This document shows, in pieces, positions 40,673-50,880 of a stretch of 64,000 nt of DNA. How positions within the stretch are numbered: the stretch's first letter is position 1; each line of letters opens with the position of its first letter. The translations under genes and the position numbers were made by a program. The notes under the pieces were generated by a model that was not told the origin of the DNA, did no database searches, and was given only the letters and a program-made list of their open reading frames with translations. Origin of the DNA: an uncultured Alphaproteobacteria bacterium (lineage in GTDB: Bacteria > Pseudomonadota > Alphaproteobacteria > ATCC43930 > CGMCC-115725); the NCBI GenBank assembly GCA_963833745.1, contig CAWHZD010000003.1, forward strand, positions 498,407 to 562,406. Direction: 5' to 3'.

Positions 40673-41536
40673 ATGCGTATCAGAGAAGCATTTCGTTCCT
40701 TCTGGCCATCGATGCTGGATGCGTTTTGCAGCGTCGGCGCCGATCTTTTCGTCCTCACGTGGCGGACGCTCCAGGACGAAGAAATTCAGTTCCGCAAGCA
40801 CTGGAGCGCTGGCTATATCCGGCACAACCTGTGGCATCTCCTGGCCGATGCCGAGCGCCGGCATCTCAACCTGATTATCCGTCCAACCTCGCCCAGAGGG
40901 TTCTTTCTCCAGCTTGACGACCTGAACCCCGATGCCCTGGAGCGCGTCAAGCCGATCGCGTTGCTCACGCTCGCCACCAGTCCGGGAAAAACACAAGCCT
41001 GGCTGTTTGTGGAAGGGGAGGGGGATCCCGACGCTGACCGCGACTTCCGCCGACGGGTGAAGAAGGCCTGCGCGGCCGACCTGATGGCGAGCGGTGCCGT
41101 CCGCATTGCGGGGCAGCCTCAATTTCAAGCCGAAATATGCCCCGAACTTTCCCCGGGTCGCCATAACTCATGCGGTGCCCGGGTTGATGACATCGCGCGA
41201 GCAACTGCAGCAACTTGGGCTGGTCGCCGCGCCCGATATCGCCCCGCCGCGCCGTGTTCCCTTGAGCGGGCAGGGCAGGGGCGGCTGGCCCGACTACAAT
41301 CGTGCCTTGCGGGGGCCCCTGCGAACAGCGACAACATCGGCCCCGATCGGAGCCGGGCTGATTTTCTTTGGCGTAAGTGGTCGATCGAGCGTGGCTGGCC
41401 GGCCGATCAGGTCGCTGCGCGGCTGCTCGAGGTCAGCTCAAAAGCGCGGGAGGCGCGCCACGGTGAGCCGTATGCCCTGGGGACGGCGCAGCGCGGCGCC
41501 GCCGCCGTGGCCAACCCGTCCACAGTTGATAAGTAG
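40673..41536 (+). pseudogene. RepB-like (RSF1010 RepB'-type) plasmid DNA primase with two frameshifts
   Basis: Contains NLIIRP, FLQLDDL and LATSPGKTQAWLFV. The frame then switches: ...GAVRIAG | SLNFKPKYAPNFPRVAITHA...WPDYNRAL | ...GPDRSRADFLW..WSIERGW. The first shift coincides with a G-run near 41109-41112. Confidence 0.6.
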
Positions 41537-41652
41537 TCCCCGCTCCGCAGACGGAAATGTCGGAGTTCTTGAAGGCTTGGCTGTAATCGGCCCGGGCTTG
41601 GCAAGCTTTGCCACGGCTGCCAGGATAGGCGGAGAGTGGTAGAGAAATTGGC

Positions 41653-41934
41653 ATGCCGACGCGCAACATCAGCCTGACGCCCGAGCAGGATGCTTTCATT
41701 CAGGAGACGGTCAAATCGGGCGAATACCAGAACGCCAGCGAGGCGGTGCGCGACGCGTTGCGTGCCCTGCAACAGCGCCGGCGCGAGGATGCGCTCAAGC
41801 TCGACGCGTTGCGCCGACAGATCGCCGCCGGCGTTGCCGCGCTCGAAAAGGGCGAGTTCACCGAAGTCGACGGCGCTGAACTCAACTCGTATCTCGACAG
41901 TTTGGCTGCCCGATCGGACGAGCGCGCTCGGTAG
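41653..41934 (+). CDS. parD: Type II antitoxin ParD (ribbon-helix-helix, COG3609 type)
   Basis: 93-aa ORF reading MPTRNISLTPEQDAFIQETVKSGEYQNASEAVRDALRALQ. It is followed 4 nt later by a ParE-like ORF. Confidence 0.85.
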   Translation: MPTRNISLTPEQDAFIQETVKSGEYQNASEAVRDALRALQQRRREDALKLDALRRQIAAGVAALEKGEFTEVDGAELNSYLDSLAARSDERAR

Positions 41935-41937
41935 GGA

Positions 41938-42300
41938 ATGCCGAACTTTCGCCTCTCGCGATTGGCGGAGGCGGACGTGGTCGGCATTCTGGCGGCCAGC
42001 GACAGACGATGGGGAGAGGCGGGCCGGCGGCGGTATACGGCGCTTCTCGCTGCGGGGATGCGCAAAATTGCGGCCGAGCCCGAGGACCCCACGACGCGTC
42101 GCCGCGACGAATTGCGGCCAGGGATCCGCAGCTTTCACCTCCGGCATGCGAGAGGTGGCGATCCGACGGGCAGGGTGAGACGTCCGGTCCATGTGCTCTA
42201 TTACCGTGCGGTTGCTCCGGGTCTGATCGAGATCGTGCGGGTATTGCACGAGCGTATGGAGCCGAGCAGGCACTTGTCCGAGATTTCGGGAGATCTATAG
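41938..42300 (+). CDS. parE: Type II toxin ParE (RelE/ParE superfamily)
   Basis: 120-aa ORF reading FRLSRLAEADVVGIL......WGEAGRRRY...L......IA..P...........G.R.FH......H.L.YR......IEIVRVLHERME. Confidence 0.85.
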   Translation: MPNFRLSRLAEADVVGILAASDRRWGEAGRRRYTALLAAGMRKIAAEPEDPTTRRRDELRPGIRSFHLRHARGGDPTGRVRRPVHVLYYRAVAPGLIEIVRVLHERMEPSRHLSEISGDL

Positions 42301-42312
42301 GGCCGAGAATCC

Positions 42313-44778
42313 TCATTGCGTAGTGGCGGGAGAGTGCATTGGGTTGGGTTCGGCGCGGCCGGCGAAGACGGGGTCGGTGCGATAGTCGAGGCGGTCGAGC
42401 AGGTAAGGCGGCTCGCCTGATATCATGACGATCGGTCGGGTGGGGCCGAGGCGCTTGATCTCGTCGGGGGTCAGCAAGGGCCGTCCGTGGCGGTGCTCGC
42501 CGCGGCCGGCGGTTTGGGTCCCGGGTTTGAACGGCCGGCTGGTGTGGCGCGAGCGGTTGGCGGTCTCGAACGCGATCGTGGAGTGGCCGAGCGCGTTGCT
42601 GAGGTAATGCGCGGTGTCGTAATCGGCGGTCCCGAAATACTGCTGGCTCGTATTGGCAAGGAAACTCTGCCAGCGCGGATAGACGGCCTTGAGCTGCGAG
42701 AGGTCTTGGACGAAGAGCCAGCGCTGGGCGCCGTAGCCGCGCATCAGGGTCAGGCTGTCGACCAGATTGTCGAGGCGCCCCAATTGGCCGAACTCGTCGA
42801 GAAAGAACGCGACCCGGTATGCCGGGCGGCCCGAGACCGCGGTCATCGAATCGAGCGCCAAGCCGATAAAGCCGCGGACAAACCCGAGCGACGCGCGCAG
42901 GTCGGGCGGGATCGCGAGATAGACGGTCATCGGCCGGCGCTTCAAATCCTGCAGGCTGAAATCGCTGCGAGCCAACGCGGCGCACAGGCGCGGGTCGTCG
43001 AGCCAGGCGGTGTGGCGCTGAGCAGTCGACAACACCGAGCCGCGCTCGCGCTCGGGGCGACCCAAATGCACCGCGGCGGTGCGCGCGACGAGACGCTGCC
43101 CGCCGCGTTCGGAGGCGGCGAGCATGTCGGCGAGGATCTCGGCGAACTGGTCCTCGGGCGCGGTCAACATTGCACGCAATTCGGCCATATTGCGCCGCTC
43201 GGCCGGCAATCCCGCGACATGGACCAGAAACCCGCGCAACAGGTCGCGGGCAGTGTCGTTCCAGTGCGGCTCGCTCTCGAAGCCGGAGCGCACCACCAGC
43301 ATGTCGGCCAAGGTGCCGGCGCGGCCGACGACATCGGGATGGTCGGGGTCGAGCGTATCGAGCCAATTCAGCGCGTGGCCGGCCGCATAGTTGATCGCAT
43401 ACGGGTCGATCACGAAGACGTCCTGCCCGGCGGCGCGTCGGGCCTTAAGGTCGAGGACAAAAGCGGACCCCGGATAATCGAGGAGGTTGGGGATCACTGC
43501 GCCGACCCCCTTGCCGGCGCGGGTCGGGGCGCAGGTCAGGATGTGTCCGTCGTGATAAAAGCGGCCGCGGCGCGGCAGGTTGCCGAGGGCGAAGGCGTCG
43601 GCCGGTGTCGCGGGTTTCAGATGTCCGCAAGCGCCAGCCTCGCGCGTCCCGCCAAAATAGGCCGAGCCATGGGTGGTCTGCGGCGCCGGGCCAAACAAGA
43701 CGGCCCAGACCCCGCGCAGAGGGCCCGGCAGCAGCCGTGGTCCTAAGGCGAGCAGCACCACGAACAAAACCGGCTACAAGAGCCAGGTGAGCAAGCCGTC
43801 GGGCCAGCCGGTTATGGCGTGGAGGAGGGCCAACGGCAGCCAGCTCGCCGGCAGCGTGACGAGCAACAGCAGCGAGAAACCCAGCGCACCCCTGATGCCG
43901 AGCCGGTCGACAAAGCGGCGGAAGCTGAGGACCACCAGGATCAGCGCAACAGTAGTGATCCCGATCGAGGCATCGGGGATGGCGGCGAAGGCCCGGCCGG
44001 TCTGTGTCGGATGCCCGCCCTGGTCCGGGTGGGCGGCGAGCGACCGATCGAGTTGGAGGGTCTGTTCCTGGGCAATGGCGCGGTATCGCGGTCCCGCAGC
44101 GGCTGCGATCGCCGCACCGGCATTCTTTTGCGGATGACCGTTCGCGGCGGCTTTGGCGGCCGTCAGCGCGACGCGGTGCGCCGCGCGCACGGCCTCATCG
44201 GTTTGGTGTCGGACGTCGTTACCGCGCTCGGCGGCGAGCGCGCTCTCGCGGGAGGCGAACATCGCGGCCATGCCATAGAGCGCGTTGCGCTGCTGGCGCA
44301 GCAGGCCGGGCTTTGCCATGGCCGTCGCCAGGGTGCGGAAGCCGTCGCCGATCGTGGCAGGTGTCGGCAGCTTCGCGCGCTCAAACCACGGCCGCATCCA
44401 CGACAGCAGCCTATCGAAATCGTGCCGCACCGAGGGTGCGGGATGGTAAAGCCGGGCCATCGCGTCGGCGGCGGCGGCGCAGGCGTCGAGCGCGTCGATG
44501 ACGGCGAGCGGTGCCGCCTTGTCGGGCCGGTTCGCGGCGTTCGCCAAGGTGTCGCGCGCGGCGTTGACCGCTGCGGCATGCGCGTTCCATTCGGCGAGCG
44601 CCGCGTTGCCCTCGCAGGTCGGCTCGGCGATGCCCGAGCCGGTGCCAAGCGGCCCCCAGTTATTGACGCAGCCCGCGATCGTCGAGGACGGCCGACGCAG
44701 ATCAGCCAGTGAATCTGCGCGCGCGACGGCATTCACACCGAGAAGCAGGGCGCAGGCGAGCAATGCGAGTGAGCGCAT
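42313..44778 (-). pseudogene. traG: TraG/VirD4-type conjugative coupling protein with a long N-terminal extension, interrupted by an in-frame TAG
   Basis: ORFs 43774..44778 and 42313..43767 share a frame and are separated by TAG (43774-43776) plus two codons. The downstream part has HGSA.F, the Walker A APTRAGKGVG, the Walker B FFLDEFGQLG and LTPDEI. The upstream part has a signal/TM helix, about 250 aa of Ala-rich sequence and further TM helices that run across the stop. Confidence 0.75.
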
Positions 44779-45015
44779 CGGTGATCCGTAGCTGGTTTGA
44801 TGCCGCGAGTACCGCGGCGGTGGTCAGGGGGCTTTACTGTGCGGCCGCAGGTAGACTCTGCCCTGGAGGTGATCCGTCGGCGGCGACCCGGCCCGCCGTG
44901 CCGCCATATGCCGCAGCAAGTGCTGTGGCCTCGTCAAAGCCGGCGAGACCTTCCCCGGAGCAGGTCCGCCAATGGGCGCGACCGGTGAAGACACCGGGCG
45001 GTTCACGATTCGGGC

Positions 45016-45047
45016 GGCGAATATGCACTTGACTGTGCATATTCGCC
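45016..45047. repeat. Perfect 13-bp inverted repeat GGCGAATATGCAC-TTGACT-GTGCATATTCGCC
   Basis: Read directly from the sequence. It is flanked on both sides by the direct repeat ATTCGGGC, and it lies immediately 5' of where the TraA-like reading frame opens. Confidence 0.6.
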
Positions 45048-45455
45048 ATTCGGGCCGTACGCGAACAGGAACAGAATACGCTCGCCGATGCGGCGGCATT
45101 GGCGCGAAGGGTCACGCCAATGGTGCCGGCGCCTGTCGCGAGAGCCACTCTACACGGGCAGGAACTGCGCTCCGACCAGCGCGCCGCGTTTGACGATGCG
45201 ATCGCCGGCGGCGGGCTTAAACTGATCGAGGGTAGGGCCGGGACCGGCAAGAGCCACACGCTCGGAGTGATCCGCGAGGCATACGAGCGCACCGGGTATC
45301 GGGTCATCGGGCTGGCGCCGACCAATGTCGTGGCGCAGGACCTGAAGGCCGGAGGTTTCAGCGAAGCCGGCACCGTCCATGCCGCCTTGTTTGCGTTGAA
45401 GAACGGCCGCAGCGAATGGAACCCGCCCGCACACACGGTCGTCGTCGACGAAGCG
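45048..45455 (+). pseudogene. traA: Internal fragment of a TraA/MobA-type relaxase-helicase (RecD-like ATPase domain)
   Basis: Reads LRSDQRAAFDDAI....LKLIEGRAGTGKSHTLGVIREAYERTGYRVIGLAPTNVVAQDLK..GF.EAGTVHAALFALKNGR..W....TVVVDEA. There is no relaxase domain upstream, and the sequence breaks right after the DEA Walker B. Confidence 0.7.
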
Positions 45456-45527
45456 AAGACCCACGCCATCTCAACCATCGCGAGTGCAAGCCTCAGATCC
45501 ACACCACCCCTCATGAATAAGACGGGC

Positions 45528-45767
45528 TAGTTGCGGTTGTGGTTCGCCGCGATGGCCTATGTGCTGGTCTGTGCGCTGCGCCGCATCGCGCTGGCGCACA
45601 CTCGCTTCGCCCGTGCCACCTGCGGCACCATCCGCCTCAAGCTGTTGAAAATCGGCGTCCTGGTGCGCACCAGCGTGCGCCGCATCAAGCTCGCCATGCC
45701 CTCGGCCTTTCCTTATCAGGCCGAATACCGCGCCGCCCATGCCGCGCTAACCGCGACCAGCAACTGA
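45528..45767 (+). pseudogene. C-terminal fragment of an IS1380-family transposase
   Basis: LRLWFAAMAYVLVCALRRIALAHTRFARATCGTIRLKLLKIGVLVRTSVRRIKLAMPSAFPYQ matches the conserved C-terminus of IS1380-family transposases as I recall it. It is preceded by a stop and unrelated sequence. The IS end probably lies near 45915. Confidence 0.7.
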
Positions 45768-46054
45768 CCCAACCCGCATATTCACGGCCGCAGACAGGCG
45801 AACCGCGTCGGCCGGCACCCTCACTTGCTTCACGAGCACCCCAAAAACGCGCTTGCCGCCAAACGCGTCTCCTCACCCCCGATAAACCGATGGGCTATGA
45901 GAAATGCGGGCTAACGCAGACTACGCTTCGACATAAAGGATCGTGCTCTAGACAGAGCAGGTGTATGATCGAAACCACACCCATCGGTAGCTTAACTGAC
46001 CTGTAGGTAAGTACGCGCGCAGACCCGTGCGCTCCCAATGGACTTTGCTCTACT

Positions 46055-47488
46055 CTAAAATTGGGTACTGAGGCGTAGCATAACAATGCTTTGGGAGTAT
46101 GGAACTCCCGCAGCACTACCGCTAGTAGTCCGCTGCTGGTAGGTATAAAACGGGCCAACGTAAAGATTTCGATCCAATAGGTATTTCATATTGAGTCCAG
46201 CGCTGAGGACATTGTCGGTTCGGGAGACACCCTGGTAAGCGTCATCTTCGTAGGTAATACTGGCGCTCAGCAACAGGTTATGGCGGAGCTCGTGGTCGAT
46301 ATTTACTGTCGCCGATGAGGCGAGATAGCCGTTTCCGGTGACGCCGATCGAGGGGTTGGTGGTTTCAAAGGCGCGGATGCCATTGACGCTCAAAGTGGTG
46401 AGCCTAGTAACATTCCAAACGAGCCGACCACCGGCGTCGGGAGCGGAGACGGAGCCAAGGCTTGAGGCGTGAAAAACTTCGCTCAAAAAACCGAAATACA
46501 CATCGCCATACATGATATGCGTCGGCAGAATGTTCAGGCCAAGGTTCATACGGTAGACTGTCGAGTTGAAACTTACACCTCCTGGCGGTATGTGCTGATA
46601 ATCGAAAAGGGTCCCGGAAGCGCGGATGTAGCCTTGATAATCGGGGACGAACTCGTAGTTGACGCGCAACGTGGCTTGGGGCGTGGTTACGTTTTGATCA
46701 CTTTGCGGCAATACGCCGCCGCCGATAGCCGCCACAGGATTATATTCCGCCGCTTGAACACCGAGATCGGCTTCGTAACCTAGGCGGAAGCCCGTTTCGG
46801 CGTAGCCAACGTTGCCTAGGTAGTTATTATACGTCACTGGTTCAGCAGCGTTACCTGGCGAATTGGGTGATGTGCGAGGCACGTATAAGTGTGCGACCTC
46901 AGCATTGCCGTAAAGCGAGCTGGCGCCATCGACATCTAGGCGCCAGTCAACTGAGGCGACGCCGGTGGCGGTATCTTGTGATGGATGGATGGCATAATAT
47001 TGGAGCCCGGCTCCAGCGTGCAGATTCACCGCGTTCCGCGCAAAGCCGGACAGCAGATCAAAGCTGGGCCGAAGCGCGGTGATCCAATCGCTTGTCGGGC
47101 TTGAGAGTGCAAAAATATTGCTGTTGTAAAGCTCGTCAACCTCGGCGCGTGGAAACCAGAAGAAATCGCCGCTGTGCAACCCGATCGGATCGAGGTCGGG
47201 ACGCGGCCGTTCAAGGACGGTTTGACCCGGCAGAATCACTTGCCCGGGCGAAACCTGTAGCTGTGGAGCGATGGGCGCCGGCAGCAGCGGTTCTGTCATC
47301 TGAGCAGCGGCGCTGAACGACAACAGCTCTACTGTTAGACCGCCCAACGCCGCAACCCGAATATACAATTTCAATCGAGACTTTTGCAGCCGATTGCAAC
47401 TGTTCAGCGCTTCCCCGGTCAGCGCTTCCTCGCTGATCGATGAGAAGGTAGACCCACAGGTCGCCGGGACGAGGCTCAGGTCAAGCAA
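46055..47488 (-). CDS. Outer-membrane beta-barrel protein (OmpL-like / putative porin-2 type, often linked to polysaccharide loci)
   Basis: Lower-GC ORF with alternating beta-strand pattern, many Y/G/N/S residues and a C-terminal ...MLRLSTQF (terminal Phe). A signal-peptide-like LKLYIRVAALGGLTVELLSFSAAAQ suggests the true start may be the TTG at 47374. Confidence 0.7.
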   Translation of the reverse strand: MLDLSLVPATCGSTFSSISEEALTGEALNSCNRLQKSRLKLYIRVAALGGLTVELLSFSAAAQMTEPLLPAPIAPQLQVSPGQVILPGQTVLERPRPDLDPIGLHSGDFFWFPRAEVDELYNSNIFALSSPTSDWITALRPSFDLLSGFARNAVNLHAGAGLQYYAIHPSQDTATGVASVDWRLDVDGASSLYGNAEVAHLYVPRTSPNSPGNAAEPVTYNNYLGNVGYAETGFRLGYEADLGVQAAEYNPVAAIGGGVLPQSDQNVTTPQATLRVNYEFVPDYQGYIRASGTLFDYQHIPPGGVSFNSTVYRMNLGLNILPTHIMYGDVYFGFLSEVFHASSLGSVSAPDAGGRLVWNVTRLTTLSVNGIRAFETTNPSIGVTGNGYLASSATVNIDHELRHNLLLSASITYEDDAYQGVSRTDNVLSAGLNMKYLLDRNLYVGPFYTYQQRTTSGSAAGVPYSQSIVMLRLSTQF

Positions 47489-47667
47489 CCTGCTTGGCCC
47501 TAGGCCCGACCGCGCTCCTCCAGACAGGAACCGTTTTCGTGAGGCAAAGCCAACCTACAGCTTGAATTCTGCGGTCTGCACTTAAGCTGACCGACAAGAC
47601 GGCTGCCTTGCCGAAATGGATCAGCGGATAGATCGCGCCGGGACTCTCTGCAACTGGCGTCACACCA

Positions 47668-48492
47668 TCAGGGCGGCGCGCAGCGAGTGTCCAATCGTAA
47701 CGCCGCATGACCCCAGACATCGTATTGTGCATCGCTGGCCTCTTCCGCCCCGCACGGCGTTGGCGGCGGGCGATCCGATGCGACCACTCCGATCGCGCGC
47801 GGCGGCTGAGCTCGGTCACCGCGCGTCGCCGCCCACGCCGCCGCCATCGCTTCCCGGATTTCCGAGTGCCGCTGGATCACCGCCGTGATGAACTGTGCCT
47901 CGACCCGGTCGCGATATGGATCCGCTAGTATGGGCTTACGAGAGTGGTACCACCCCACCGCGGCGTTCCAGTTCCCGGTCTGACCATACAACCGCAGCAA
48001 AAAGCGCGCGGCATAATCTGCGTTCTGTGCCGGATCGAATGCCGCCTCCACCGATGCGAACGCATGTGGATGCTGTTTCAGGTTAACCTGCAGGCAGCCT
48101 GAGTCTATAGAGGCTACGCCGCGCAGCATTGCCTGTCTCGTCCAGGCAATTGCATCGAACCGCGTGGCGAAGAATAGAGCCCGATTTTCCGCGTTTACCG
48201 ACCATGGCCATGGCTCCGTGGTCCGGCTCCCGTCGATGCGGCGTCCTGTCTCCACTTCCGCCACTGCCAGTAGCAAACCGCGCGGAATCCCCCAACGGTT
48301 GCCTGCCGCCTCGACGGCCGCGCGGCACAGCTCGGTCGCGGACGCCGCAGAAGTGGTCGCCACCTTCTGCGCCGATGACGCGGTGGTAGTGCTCTTGCCG
48401 TAGGCCACAGCACCAAACTGGGTGTGCGACAGGGCGAGACCGGCCGCGCAGGCCATAAGCTTCAGGTACCTGTCTGCGACATCTCTGAACAT
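47668..48492 (-). CDS. Lytic transglycosylase (SLT domain) protein
   Basis: Signal peptide, then GIPRGLLLAVAEVETG (catalytic Glu context), WPWSVN, IDSGCLQVNLK and NADYAARFL. The extent of the C-terminus is uncertain. Confidence 0.8.
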   Translation of the reverse strand: MFRDVADRYLKLMACAAGLALSHTQFGAVAYGKSTTTASSAQKVATTSAASATELCRAAVEAAGNRWGIPRGLLLAVAEVETGRRIDGSRTTEPWPWSVNAENRALFFATRFDAIAWTRQAMLRGVASIDSGCLQVNLKQHPHAFASVEAAFDPAQNADYAARFLLRLYGQTGNWNAAVGWYHSRKPILADPYRDRVEAQFITAVIQRHSEIREAMAAAWAATRGDRAQPPRAIGVVASDRPPPTPCGAEEASDAQYDVWGHAALRLDTRCAPP

Positions 48493-48820
48493 CGCGGTTG
48501 CTTACCCGAACTCGCTGTTCGATAACATCTGCAATGTATAGCGTGCCCCATTTTTGACATGCCGCCTTTTCGCGGATGCCGTTTTACCTCGTTGGAGCTG
48601 CCACACGCAATTGCCGGACGCCACCAAGGACCCTTGCTCCGAATCGACGCGGTTCATCTTCGCCTACAGGGCCAATGTGCTAGCTCTCGTATTTCCTGAC
48701 CTGGCGTCACCTCTGGGATGCCGGCATCTTAGCAGGGATCGAATGCCGCGGTAGATTGACCCGACGAATCGCTCCTCGCATCAATGGTATTTGTCCGGTA
48801 CAGCAGGAAGGAAGTGCGGG

Positions 48821-49468
48821 ATGAATTCTGCTGATCCGGCTGCCGGGGCGTTACCACAGGCCTGCCGTTCGTCACAGCCAAGCCCGGCGGGGCCTCGATC
48901 ACTTTCGCGCCGCGGGACGCTACGCTTCCTTGCCGCAATCCCTGTCGCCGCGCTCGCATCGTGCGCGCCCGGCAGAGATCTTCACCCGCTCCCCAATACT
49001 CGGCCCGAAGCCTACATGCTCGGTGTCGGTGACGAGATCCGCATCATTACGGTCGGCGGTGAGCAACTTACCGGAGATTTTCGCGTCAACGATGGGGGCG
49101 ATATCGCAGTCCCACTGCTCGGCACCGTACACGCCGCTGGCCTGACTACCGCTCAGTTGGAGCAGCGCATCTCGCAAGAGTTGGAGGAGAGGAAACTGTT
49201 CAAGAATGCGAGTGTTTCGATCGAGGTGCTTGCCTATCGTCCCATTTTCATACTGGGCGAGGTCAACAAACCCGGACAATACCCCTACCAGCCCGGCATG
49301 ACCCTATTGACGGCGGTAGCGGTTGGCGGCGGCTTCACCTATCGAGCCGTTACCAGCTATGCGTCGGTCGTTCGTTCCCAGGGGGGCCACGCTGTCGAAG
49401 GGCGCGTGAGCCGCAGAAGCTTGATCTACCCTGGGGACGTCATTACGATCTTTGAGCGTTGGATCTGA
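48821..49468 (+). CDS. Polysaccharide export protein (Wza/GumB/ExoF-like: Poly_export + SLBB)
   Basis: Lipoprotein-like signal (AAIPVAALASC), then YMLGVGDEIRI, DGGDIAVPLLGTVHAAGLT..QLE..I, IFILGEVNKPGQYPY and TLL.AVA.GGGFT. The start is at ATG 48821 after GGAAGGAAG. Confidence 0.85.
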   Translation: MNSADPAAGALPQACRSSQPSPAGPRSLSRRGTLRFLAAIPVAALASCAPGRDLHPLPNTRPEAYMLGVGDEIRIITVGGEQLTGDFRVNDGGDIAVPLLGTVHAAGLTTAQLEQRISQELEERKLFKNASVSIEVLAYRPIFILGEVNKPGQYPYQPGMTLLTAVAVGGGFTYRAVTSYASVVRSQGGHAVEGRVSRRSLIYPGDVITIFERWI

Positions 49469-49569
49469 TGTACTGGGAGCGCGGCGCGCCCTGAGGCCGG
49501 TGAACCGGTCCCGGTCGCACGCCGGTGCCGCTGCGGGCGTCATCGCGGTGGGGTCACCGAGACGGCGCG

Positions 49570-49711
49570 CAAATACGACCTCGCGAGGTTGGTGACCGCC
49601 GATAACCCCCGATTTTCAGGCATCCACCGCAGCAGCGTTGTCGAGCGCACCTTCGCTTGGCTCAGTCGAAACCGGCGGCTCGCAAGGCGCAACGAGGTGG
49701 GCGGGTATTAA
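49570..49711 (+). pseudogene. C-terminal scrap of an IS5-family (IS427/IS1031-like) transposase
   Basis: The translation ...IHRSSVVERTFAWLSRNRRLARRNEVGGY* carries the VER.F.WL...RRLA..YE block typical of IS5-group transposase C-termini. Only about 45 codons are present. Confidence 0.45.
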
Positions 49712-49737
49712 CGGGGATCTCAAGGGATTTGGCCACC

Positions 49738-50880
49738 ATGAAGATGAGAATCAATTTCCCCGTTGCCGCGATGGTCCTTCTGTCGTATTTCGCGGTGCTT
49801 GGACAAAACGCGAGCTTCTCTTCCTCAGACGTCGGGCACGTCGATCCACCCCCTCAATCGGTAAACGCGGGCTTTACCAAGCTTCTCGTTAATCAGGATT
49901 TTTCGCGAGCGGTTCTCGATCTAGGCTGCGCAGGGGCTTCGCAGAAGCACTTCTGGAACCAGGGGTTGTGGTGGGAAAAGTCGTTTCCGCCATGTAACCA
50001 AATTTGGATCAAGAAAGATCCTTCCACTGGGCAAAATGTTCTGGATCTGCGCTGGCTGCCGTCGCAGACCGACACCTACGATGCGACTACTGTCGAAACA
50101 GTCGCAGGGGACTACAGCCAATATTACGGATTTCAACACGGCTACTACGAGGCAATCTTAAGAGTTGTACCCTGGAAGATTGGGGGGATGTGGCCAGAGT
50201 TCTGGATGTGGGGTGCGAATTCTACGATATATGCCAATCTGCCCCCCTGGGGATCAGCACCCGCCGATGAGATCGATGTCGTCGAGCCGCACGGGGAGAT
50301 ACCCACATGGATTACCTCTGCCATACACGGGTGGGGAACTGGCAATGCGGCATTCATTTACCACACCCCCGTCCCGAGTTTGGATTACTCGCAAAACCAT
50401 AAATTTGGGCTGCTCTGGACAACCAACGGACGATTAAAAGCCGGATCGGCCTGTTTTTATCTGGACGACGTTAAGAAGGGTTGCGCGACTACGGACGCGG
50501 CGGCTGAATATCAGCGGCATTTTCTGATACTGTCGATGGGGGTGGGTTGCCAATTCAAGTACGGCAACCGGTCCTGCATCAATGTTCCCGTCACCAATGT
50601 TTCCCATGACGGCTTCGGGACGATCCGCCTTACCGTTAAAGCGACGGCTGGGTTCAGGACCGGAGATACTGCCACGATTGCGGGCGTAAGAGGGGTGCCG
50701 GGGGCGAACGGAGTCTTTGTATTAAGCACCGTCGATTACACTCACTTAGACTTGAAGGGCTCAAAATTTTCAGGCACTTACGTCGGCGGCGGCATAGTCA
50801 ACCCGCTAACTCATGCCGATATGTATGTGAAATCGGTAAGGGTCTGGACTTGTGCCGCGGACGCGATATCCGGGTGTTGA
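49738..50880 (+). CDS. Secreted GH16-like (concanavalin-fold) glycoside hydrolase with an extra C-terminal domain
   Basis: Signal peptide MKMRINFPVAAMVLLSYFAVLG, then GMWPEFWMWG and the ExDxxE catalytic-type motif in ADEIDVVEPHG. The gene is lower in GC. The roughly 120-aa C-terminus is unassigned. Confidence 0.65.
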   Translation: MKMRINFPVAAMVLLSYFAVLGQNASFSSSDVGHVDPPPQSVNAGFTKLLVNQDFSRAVLDLGCAGASQKHFWNQGLWWEKSFPPCNQIWIKKDPSTGQNVLDLRWLPSQTDTYDATTVETVAGDYSQYYGFQHGYYEAILRVVPWKIGGMWPEFWMWGANSTIYANLPPWGSAPADEIDVVEPHGEIPTWITSAIHGWGTGNAAFIYHTPVPSLDYSQNHKFGLLWTTNGRLKAGSACFYLDDVKKGCATTDAAAEYQRHFLILSMGVGCQFKYGNRSCINVPVTNVSHDGFGTIRLTVKATAGFRTGDTATIAGVRGVPGANGVFVLSTVDYTHLDLKGSKFSGTYVGGGIVNPLTHADMYVKSVRVWTCAADAISGC

